30,000 nt of DNA. Source: Serratia sp. (in: enterobacteria). GTDB lineage: Bacteria > Pseudomonadota > Gammaproteobacteria > Enterobacterales > Enterobacteriaceae. The DNA is taken from the NCBI RefSeq assembly GCF_046715635.1, contig NZ_JBKJYW010000348.1:3634-33633 (forward strand), read 5' to 3'. Made by a program: the position numbers and the translations under genes. The notes below the pieces were generated by a model. That model worked only from the letters and a program-made list of their open reading frames with translations. It made no database searches and was not told where the DNA came from. The stretch's first letter is position 1. Every line of letters begins with the position of its first letter. This document shows, piece by piece, positions 7,207 through 14,135 of this stretch.

Positions 7207-7242
7207 CACCACCATCAGTAAATGTCGGTGAAGGGGCAAGCT

Positions 7243-8784
7243 ATGCAGCAGGTAAAAATCACACACCTCTATCAGAGCTTACAGCAGAGCGTTAACCGCC
7301 GGGCTGAGCATACCGCCCTGTTCTTTGAAGGCCACAAATACAGTTATAATCAGTTAAATCATAATGTTAATTTATCTGCCGCCTGCCTGAAAGAGAGTTT
7401 TAACCTCGCCAAAGGCGATGTGATCGTCCTGGCTCTGGGTAACCGACCTGAATTCTGCTCGCTGTTTTATGCAGCCATGGCGCTGGGGATTATCGTGGTG
7501 CCGTTAAGCACCAAGTTAAAATCGCAAGACAGCCATATCATCCTGTCCAGTGTTAATGCCAAGGCGGTGTTTTACGATCCCAACAGTCAGCCGTGGATGG
7601 CAGCGCTGGAACCCGTGAAGCAAAGCCATGTGGTGTCGCTGGCCGATTGGCAACTGATGCTCAGTAATGCAGATGACCAAAAGGTGATCCAACCCGTAGA
7701 GCCTGTCGCCATCGTAGCGGATGATATTGCCTCGATTATTTATACTTCCGGCACTACTGGCTCCCCGAAAGGAGCAGCGCTCACTCACGGTAACTTTATT
7801 GCGGCCATCACGGCTTATCAGCAGGCTCTGAAGTTAACCGAACAAGACAGCGCCATCCTGCCAATCCCCATCTGTCATATTACCGGTCTGTCGGCTCTGC
7901 TCTGCCTGTTTATTCACCTTGGCGGCACGTTGCATTTGCAGCAAAGGTTCAATGCAGAAGAGATCTTAAAAACCGTCAGCAGCCATAACATTACCTTCCT
8001 GCATGGTTCGCCAACGGTGTTTATCCTACTGTTGCAAGAAGCGGAAAAGTATCCACAGGTGGGGAACTACACCAGCTTGCGGATGATCGCTTGCGGTGCC
8101 GGGCATTTGAACGTGGGAATTATCGAAAGGCTCGCGCAGCTGTTCCCAGCTACGGAAATCAGGCCGATCTATGGGCTGACAGAAACCTCTTCACCGGCCA
8201 GCATTTTCCCGGTCGATGTTCGCAGCAGCGATAAGATAGGCAGTTCTGGCTTACCCATTCCCGGCCTGAGTTGCCAAATCCGCGACGATAATCTCCAGGT
8301 ACTTGCTGCCGGTGAAATTGGTCATCTGTGGCTGAAAGGGCCGGTGGTCATGAGCCAGTACTGGAAGAACCCGGCGGCGAATCAGCAGTTCTTCCACGAC
8401 GGCTGGTTCTACACCGGCGATATCGCCTGCCTCGATCAGGATAACTATTTGTATATCAAAGATCGCAGCAAGGACATGATCAACCGCGGCGGTGAGAAAA
8501 TATACTGCATTGAAGTGGAAAACCTGATCTCGAATTATCCTGGCGTCAAGGAAATTGCCATTGTTCCCAGCAGCAGCGAAATCTACGGAGAAGAAGCCGT
8601 CGCCTTTATTGTGGCACACCGGAATAAACCCTTGGTCAGCGATAATATTATTCACTGGCTCTCGAATAAAATCGCCAAATTTAAAGTACCTTCAAAAATC
8701 GTCTTTGCAGCAGAATTACCGAAAAATGCCAACGGTAAAATAGATAAATTGGCATTACGAAAAAAACTAACACCGCCAATATGA
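7243..8784 (+). CDS. AMP-forming acyl-CoA synthetase / fatty-acid-CoA ligase (class I adenylate-forming enzyme)
   Basis: The motifs present are IIYTSGTTGSPKGA (A3/P-loop), YGLTET (A5), GWFYTGD (A7), DRSKDMINRGGEKI (A8) and the C-terminal NGKIDK (A10 Lys). I chose the start at ATG 7243 (GAAGGGG SD 6 nt upstream) rather than track start 7222, which has no SD. Confidence 0.9.
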   Translation: MQQVKITHLYQSLQQSVNRRAEHTALFFEGHKYSYNQLNHNVNLSAACLKESFNLAKGDVIVLALGNRPEFCSLFYAAMALGIIVVPLSTKLKSQDSHIILSSVNAKAVFYDPNSQPWMAALEPVKQSHVVSLADWQLMLSNADDQKVIQPVEPVAIVADDIASIIYTSGTTGSPKGAALTHGNFIAAITAYQQALKLTEQDSAILPIPICHITGLSALLCLFIHLGGTLHLQQRFNAEEILKTVSSHNITFLHGSPTVFILLLQEAEKYPQVGNYTSLRMIACGAGHLNVGIIERLAQLFPATEIRPIYGLTETSSPASIFPVDVRSSDKIGSSGLPIPGLSCQIRDDNLQVLAAGEIGHLWLKGPVVMSQYWKNPAANQQFFHDGWFYTGDIACLDQDNYLYIKDRSKDMINRGGEKIYCIEVENLISNYPGVKEIAIVPSSSEIYGEEAVAFIVAHRNKPLVSDNIIHWLSNKIAKFKVPSKIVFAAELPKNANGKIDKLALRKKLTPPI

Positions 8785-8927
8785 AAGCAAGCGGTGTTTA
8801 ATTAAGTGCGCAAACATCAGGAAACGTGAAGCGCAACCATTAAAACAATAGAGCACCTGTACCTCTAACAATAATACAGAAAAGCTCTACCCTGTTTAAT
8901 CGCCTCATTACGAGGAGGAGCCTTATC

Positions 8928-10283
8928 ATGTCAAACCGGCCGTTAGATATTGCATCGAAAAGCCAGGCGGCAATAACGAATGCAAAAATATATAAACACC
9001 TGATGCCGTTACTGATCATTGTTTATATCATCAGCTTTATCGACAGAACCAATATCGGCATTGCCCGAGCCTCGATGTCCATCGATCTTGGCCTTTCCGC
9101 TACCGCCTATGGGTTGGGAGCCGGTCTGTTCTTTCTGACCTATTCCACCATGGAGATCCCCAGCAACCTGATTATGGCACGGGTCGGGGCCCGATTCTGG
9201 ATCACCCGCATCATGTTCACCTGGGGTGTGATTTCCGCCGGTATGGCCTTCGTCACCGGCCCTACCTCGTTCTATGTCATGCGTCTGTTGCTAGGGGCGG
9301 CAGAAGCGGGGCTGTACCCCGGTATCATCCTGTATCTTACCTACTGGTTTGGCCGTGAAGATCGCGCCAGAGCCGTCGGCATGTTCCTGCTTGGTGTCTG
9401 TATCGCCAATATTGTCGGGGCGCCATTGGGCGGCGCATTGCTGATGCTGGATGGCCTGGGTGGGCTGCACGGCTGGCAATGGATGTTTATCGTGGAAGGG
9501 CTCCCGGCGGTGCTGCTGGCATTTTATGTGTATGCCGTACTACCCAATAAACCACGCGATGCCAAATGGCTGACCAAAACCGACATTGAGTATATTGAAA
9601 ACAAGCTGGCCGCGGAGCAACCGGTTGGGGTAGATAAGAACCAGAAGTTTTCCTTTAAAACGGCGTTTACCAATAAGACCTTCATGCTGATCGTGGCGAT
9701 TTATTTCACCCATCAGATTTCGGTCTACAGCCTGACCTATTTTCTGCCCAGCATTATCAACAGCTACGGCAAAATGAGCACCCTGATGCTCGGCCTGTTA
9801 ACCGCCATTCCGTGGATCGCGGCAGCCTTGGGTGGCTTCTTCCTGCCCAAATATGCCAATACCGCCACCCGCTCACGCATCATGCTGGTGTCCGGCTTTA
9901 TGTCGATGGCCGTCGGTTTCCTGATTGGCGTGCTGGGTGGCCCAGTATTAGGGCTGATCGGCTTCTGTATCGGTGCTTCGATGTTCTTCGTCGTGCAGTC
10001 CATCATCTTTACCTACCCGGCCACGCTGATGAGCGGCCCCATGCTCGCTGGCGGGTTGGGGTTACTGGCTTGCCTTGGCATCACCGGCGGGTTCTTCGGG
10101 CCATATGTGTTCGGTCTCCTGGAGGATAGAACGGGGTCACCTAGCGCAGGCCTGTGGTTTGCCATCGTGCTGCAGACCCTTGCCATCATCGGGGCTGCAC
10201 GGGTGAAACAACCCGCAGGCAGCAAAGATAAACCGGCCAATCAATGCCCCCCGGCAGCAATGAATAGCGTGATTGAGAAATAG
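8928..10283 (+). CDS. MFS transporter, anion:cation symporter (ACS) family (tartrate/sugar-acid/aromatic-acid transporter-like)
   Basis: 451-aa ORF with about 12 hydrophobic segments. The N-terminal block YIISFIDRTNIGIA...L..S...YG.GAG.FF..Y...EIPSN and the LRLLLGAAEAGLYPG..LYLT.WF block are characteristic of TtuB/ACS-family MFS proteins. Strong GAGGAGGAG SD. Confidence 0.85.
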   Translation: MSNRPLDIASKSQAAITNAKIYKHLMPLLIIVYIISFIDRTNIGIARASMSIDLGLSATAYGLGAGLFFLTYSTMEIPSNLIMARVGARFWITRIMFTWGVISAGMAFVTGPTSFYVMRLLLGAAEAGLYPGIILYLTYWFGREDRARAVGMFLLGVCIANIVGAPLGGALLMLDGLGGLHGWQWMFIVEGLPAVLLAFYVYAVLPNKPRDAKWLTKTDIEYIENKLAAEQPVGVDKNQKFSFKTAFTNKTFMLIVAIYFTHQISVYSLTYFLPSIINSYGKMSTLMLGLLTAIPWIAAALGGFFLPKYANTATRSRIMLVSGFMSMAVGFLIGVLGGPVLGLIGFCIGASMFFVVQSIIFTYPATLMSGPMLAGGLGLLACLGITGGFFGPYVFGLLEDRTGSPSAGLWFAIVLQTLAIIGAARVKQPAGSKDKPANQCPPAAMNSVIEK

Positions 10284-10292
10284 AGCCTAAAC

Positions 10293-10312
10293 GCGGTGCC
10301 CTGGTGCACCGC
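10293..10312 (+). other. Intercistronic stem-loop between the MFS and CoA-transferase genes
   Basis: GCGGTGC-cctggt-GCACCGC, a perfect 7-bp GC-rich stem with no U-tract. It starts 10 nt after the MFS stop. Confidence 0.4.
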
Positions 10313-10334
10313 CGCACAGACGTAAGGTAGCAAT

Positions 10335-11912
10335 ATGAGAAATAAAGTCATTTCGGCTCAGCAGGCCGCAGAGTTAGTGAATAACGGCTCGACCCTGTGC
10401 ACCATCGGCATGACATTGATTGGGGCCGCGGAGTCGATCTTGAAAGCTCTGGAAAAGCGCTTTCTTGCAACAGGGGCACCGCACGGGCTGACCTATATTC
10501 ACTCTGCGGGGCAGTCGAATCGTGAGCGCGGTAATCAGCATTTTACCCCGCCAGGCATGGTAAAACGCATTATTGGTTCGCACTGGGGGCTGGCACCCAA
10601 GTGGATGGAAAAGATTGCCGCCAACGAGGTCGAAGCCTTCTGTCTGCCACAAGGGCAGATTGTCCATCTGTATACGGCCATGGCGGCCGGTCAGGCCGGA
10701 TATCTGTCCAAAGTGGGGCTAGGCACCTTTATCGATCCCCGCCTGGAAGGCGGCAAAATGAATACGTTGACCCGCTCCCTGCCAGATTTGGTGGAAGTGG
10801 TTAGCCTGCGCGAGGAGGAATATCTGTTCTATCCGGCACTCCCGCTGGATACGGTGATCATTCGTGGCACTACGGCGGATACCGCTGGCAACCTCACCTG
10901 TGAGGAAGAGGCCATGAAGCTGGAGATCCTGCAGGCGGTGCTGGCGGCTAAACGCTTTGGTGGCAAGGTGATAGTCCAGGTAAAAAACCTGGCGGAAAAA
11001 GGGAGTCTGCACCCGAAACAGATCGTGGTGCCGGGGAATTTTATTGATGCCATTGTGGTATGTGAAGACCCCGAGCAAGACCACCGCCAGACCTCTTCCT
11101 GGTTCTATGATCCAGCCTATTGCGGCAACCTGGTGACCCCTGCCAGCGCAGTGGAAACGCTGCCGCTCAACATCCGCAAGGTGATTGGTCGCCGAGCTTG
11201 TCAATTTCTATCCCCGGACTGTGTGATCAATCTGGGCACCGGTATTCCCAACGATGTTATTGGCACTATTATCCATGAAGAAGGGGTAAGCGAAGCGGTC
11301 ACCATCACGGTTGAATCAGGTATCTACGGCGGCGTACAGGCCGGTGGGGTTGATTTTGGCATCGGTAAAAACCTGACCGCCATGATTAACCATCAGGAGC
11401 AGATGCTGTATTACAACGGTGCGGGTGTGGATATTACCTATATGGGGGCGGGCGAGATGGACGCCAACGGGCATATCAACGCCACCCGCATGGGGGACCG
11501 CTGTACCGGGGCCGGAGGGTTTATCGATATCACCCAAAATGCACACCACGTGGTGTTTTGCTCCACCTTTACCGCCAAGGGGCTGGAGGTGGCATGCCAG
11601 CAAGGGCAATTAACCATTCTACAGGAAGGCTCGGTTAAAAAACTGGTGCGGTCGATTAACCAGATTTCCTATAACGGCGAAATAGCCCGCCAGAAAAAAC
11701 AAAAAATGCATTTGGTCACTGAGCGAGCAGTGTTTGAACTGACGGCGCAAGGTCCGATGTTGATAGAAATCGCCCCCGGCATCGATCTTGAGCGGGACAT
11801 CCTGCAACAAATGGAGTTTATGCCGCTGATTTCCCCCTCATTAAAACAGATGGACGCGGCACTATTTTGTGATGCCCCTTTTGGCCTGAAGGAAATGCTG
11901 GCCAGGCAGTAA
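10335..11912 (+). CDS. Acyl-CoA:acetate/3-ketoacid CoA-transferase, single-chain (YdiF-like family I CoA-transferase)
   Basis: 525-aa ORF. The length and blocks (ISAQQAAELVNNGSTLCTIG; GLTYIHSAGQ; IIGSHWGL; ITVESGIYGG, where the family's catalytic Glu is expected; GAGGFIDITQNA) match fused alpha/beta CoA-transferases such as E. coli YdiF, as I recall them. Confidence 0.85.
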   Translation: MRNKVISAQQAAELVNNGSTLCTIGMTLIGAAESILKALEKRFLATGAPHGLTYIHSAGQSNRERGNQHFTPPGMVKRIIGSHWGLAPKWMEKIAANEVEAFCLPQGQIVHLYTAMAAGQAGYLSKVGLGTFIDPRLEGGKMNTLTRSLPDLVEVVSLREEEYLFYPALPLDTVIIRGTTADTAGNLTCEEEAMKLEILQAVLAAKRFGGKVIVQVKNLAEKGSLHPKQIVVPGNFIDAIVVCEDPEQDHRQTSSWFYDPAYCGNLVTPASAVETLPLNIRKVIGRRACQFLSPDCVINLGTGIPNDVIGTIIHEEGVSEAVTITVESGIYGGVQAGGVDFGIGKNLTAMINHQEQMLYYNGAGVDITYMGAGEMDANGHINATRMGDRCTGAGGFIDITQNAHHVVFCSTFTAKGLEVACQQGQLTILQEGSVKKLVRSINQISYNGEIARQKKQKMHLVTERAVFELTAQGPMLIEIAPGIDLERDILQQMEFMPLISPSLKQMDAALFCDAPFGLKEMLARQ

Positions 11913-11989
11913 AAACGGGCGGCACGACATATTTATTATCTCTGCGCTAATTCAGCGTGGTCAGGAATTAAAACGATAAGGAGTACCCT

Positions 11990-12727
11990 ATGTGTTTAAC
12001 AAATAAAGTGGCTATCGTCACCGGGGCCAGCCGTGGTCTTGGGCGAGGCATTGCCCAGGTATTGGCTGAAAAAGGGGCCGCCGTAGTTATTTGTGATGTC
12101 GACCAGGACGGCGGCAATAAAACCGCCGCCGAATTGGTGAGCGCGGGCCATACAGCTATTTTCATCGCCTGTAATATTGCCAACCGCGAAGAGGTTAACC
12201 AGTTATTTATTGCCGCGGAGCAGCAACTGGGGCCGATAGATATTCTGGTCAATAACGCCGGGATTAACCGTGATGCCATGTTGCACAAGCTAACGGAAGA
12301 GAATTGGGATCTGGTGATGGATATCAACCTGAAAGGGACCTTCCACTGTATGCAGGAAGCCGCCGTACGCATGCGTGAGCGCGCCTGCGGGCGGATCATC
12401 AATATCTCGTCGGCCAGCTGGTTGGGCAATGTGGGGCAGGCCAACTATGCCGCTTCAAAAGCCGGGGTGATCGGCCTGACCAAAACGGCCTGCCGGGAGC
12501 TGGCAAAAAAAGGGGTTACCGTTAACGCCATCTGCCCAGGCTTTATCGAAACCGATATGACCCGCGGAGTACCGGAAAAAGTATGGGATATCATGATCGG
12601 CAAAATTCCCGCAGGTTTCGCTGGCGATCCGGTTGATGTCGGCCATTGCGTCGCCTTCCTGGCTTCCGACGAGGCACGCTATATCAACGGCGAAGTGATC
12701 AACGTTGGCGGCGGCATGGTGCTGTAA
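11990..12727 (+). CDS. SDR-family 3-oxoacyl-(ACP/CoA) reductase (FabG / PhaB acetoacetyl-CoA reductase-like)
   Basis: 245-aa ORF with TGASRGLGRG (TGxxxGxG), NNAG, the catalytic YAASKAG (YxxxK) and PGFIETDM. By eye the overall block pattern is close to PhaB/FabG. AAGGAG SD 6 nt upstream. Confidence 0.9.
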   Translation: MCLTNKVAIVTGASRGLGRGIAQVLAEKGAAVVICDVDQDGGNKTAAELVSAGHTAIFIACNIANREEVNQLFIAAEQQLGPIDILVNNAGINRDAMLHKLTEENWDLVMDINLKGTFHCMQEAAVRMRERACGRIINISSASWLGNVGQANYAASKAGVIGLTKTACRELAKKGVTVNAICPGFIETDMTRGVPEKVWDIMIGKIPAGFAGDPVDVGHCVAFLASDEARYINGEVINVGGGMVL

Positions 12728-12737
12728 GGAGAATCGA

Positions 12738-13922
12738 ATGAAAAATGCAAATGACATTGTCGTCGTCAGCGGCGTACGCACGGCGATCGGCACCATGGGC
12801 GGTAGCTTTAAAGATACGCACCAGCATGATTTAGGCGCAGCGGTGATCCGTGAAGCCGTGGCCCGTGCCGGGCTGCAACCAGCACAAATTGATGAGGTGG
12901 TGGTAGGTAACGTCGGGCAAATCGCGGAGAGTGGTTTTATCGCCCGCATTTGCCAACTGCGCGCTGGCTTACCGAACGAAACAACGTCCTATTCGGTGAA
13001 CCGCCAGTGCGGTTCGGGTCTGCAAGCGATTGTCGATTGCATGCTGGAACTGCAAACCGGCAATGCCGAGATCACCGTCGCCTGTGGGACAGAGAATATG
13101 ACTCAACTGCCCCACTATATTCGCAAGGCTCGTTACGGTTATCGCCTTGGGCACGGAGAGCTGGAAGACGGCATCGTCTCTATTTTAACCTGGCCGGAAG
13201 GCCCTTATCACAATGGCATGACCGCCGAATTCGTCGCGGAGCGTTTTAACATCAGCCGTGAGGCGATGGACGAGTTTGCCTGGTGCAGCCAGCAAAAAGC
13301 CTTGGCAGCCATCAAAGAGGGGCATTTTACCTCACAAATCCTGCCGCTGGAGGTTCGTGAAGGCAAGAACAGCCGCCTGTTTGCCACTGATGAACACCCA
13401 AGGGATACGCCGAAAGAGAAGTATGCTCAGCTGAAACCGGCGTTTAAAAAAGACGGCACGGTTACGGCAGCAACGTCATCAGGTATCAATGATGGGGCCG
13501 CCGCGCTGGTTGTCACTACCCGAGCCAACGCTGAAAAACTGGAGCTGCCAATCAGGATGGTGATCCGCGGTTGGGCAGTGGCAGGTTGCGAGGCAGAAAT
13601 CATGGGCTTTGGCCCAGCTCCGGCAACTCGTAAACTGATGCAAAAGTTGAACATGTCGGTGCATGATATCGACCTTATTGAGCTTAATGAGGCCTTTGCC
13701 GCCCAATCATTGGCGGTGATTAACGATCTGGAGCTGGATCCGGCCAAAGTGAACGTCAATGGGGGAGCAATTGCGCTGGGGCACCCTGTTGGGGCCAGCG
13801 GGGCCATCATCGCTGTAAAACTGATGTATGAGATGGAGCGCCGCGGCGTCAATACCGGTTTAGCCACCATGTGTATCGGTGGAGGCCAAGGGATCTCTAT
13901 GCTGTTTGAGCGGGAAAGGTAG
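12738..13922 (+). CDS. Acetyl-CoA C-acetyl/acyltransferase (thiolase II-like)
   Basis: The motifs present are VNRQCGSGLQA (nucleophilic Cys), NEAFAAQ, NGGAIALGHPVGASG (His) and CIGGGQG (C-terminal Cys). The start is ATG 12738 (MKNANDIVVVSGVRTAIG, AAGGAG SD), not track start 12705. 394 aa. Confidence 0.93.
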   Translation: MKNANDIVVVSGVRTAIGTMGGSFKDTHQHDLGAAVIREAVARAGLQPAQIDEVVVGNVGQIAESGFIARICQLRAGLPNETTSYSVNRQCGSGLQAIVDCMLELQTGNAEITVACGTENMTQLPHYIRKARYGYRLGHGELEDGIVSILTWPEGPYHNGMTAEFVAERFNISREAMDEFAWCSQQKALAAIKEGHFTSQILPLEVREGKNSRLFATDEHPRDTPKEKYAQLKPAFKKDGTVTAATSSGINDGAAALVVTTRANAEKLELPIRMVIRGWAVAGCEAEIMGFGPAPATRKLMQKLNMSVHDIDLIELNEAFAAQSLAVINDLELDPAKVNVNGGAIALGHPVGASGAIIAVKLMYEMERRGVNTGLATMCIGGGQGISMLFERER

Positions 13923-13950
13923 TCTCTTAAGTTAGCGCAATAGATATTTC

Positions 13951-13977
13951 CGGCCCTCTGCCAAAGAGAGGGTCGGA
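13951..13977. terminator. 10-bp stem-loop after the thiolase gene (possible terminator or REP-like element; no U-tract)
   Basis: CCGGCCCTCT-gccaaag-AGAGGGTCGG, with 9 Watson-Crick pairs and 1 G.U. There is no T-run on either strand. The core CCCTCT..CCAAAG..GAGAGGG resembles the hairpin of the 22238-22431 repeats. Confidence 0.35.
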
Positions 13978-14107
13978 TGGCAAACATCGGCTTACGCATT
14001 GAGTTAACTGAATTGTATTAAGTTTAATACGTAGATTTGTTGATGGGTCAATAAGGTTACCGTGAAATTGGCAAGAAACATTCGATATTATATTTAACCC
14101 CCCTCAC

Positions 14108-14113
14108 TATAAT
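14108..14113 (+). promoter_or_regulatory. Consensus -10 hexamer (TATAAT) upstream of the CdaR-family gene
   Basis: Perfect TATAAT 23-29 bp upstream of the two candidate start codons. The -35 is poor (ATATTA at 17-bp spacing). The surrounding intergenic region is AT-rich. Confidence 0.3.
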
Positions 14114-14135
14114 AGAGGTTTTATATCATAAAGGT

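Noticed and set aside
5925-8812. Exact 15-nt direct repeat TTAATTAAGTGCGCA at 5925-5939 (spanning the ybgA stop) and 8798-8812 (14 nt after the ligase stop); considered as possible insertion-boundary repeats
   Set aside because: By rough expectation, about 0.4 exact same-strand 15-mer coincidences occur by chance in 30 kb, so it is not significant alone. The flanks do not extend the similarity. The enclosed segment (rluA-like gene plus ligase) is not a coherent mobile unit, and no recombinase is present.
10719-13999. Series of 158-190-aa - strand ORFs (10719..11204, 11968..12444, 12455..12949, 13427..13999), antisense to the CoA-transferase, reductase and thiolase genes
   Set aside because: Each lies entirely opposite a + strand gene with unambiguous catalytic motifs. 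None has a recognisable motif or SD. Their compositions (Ser/Ala/Arg/Pro-rich) are those of antisense frames.
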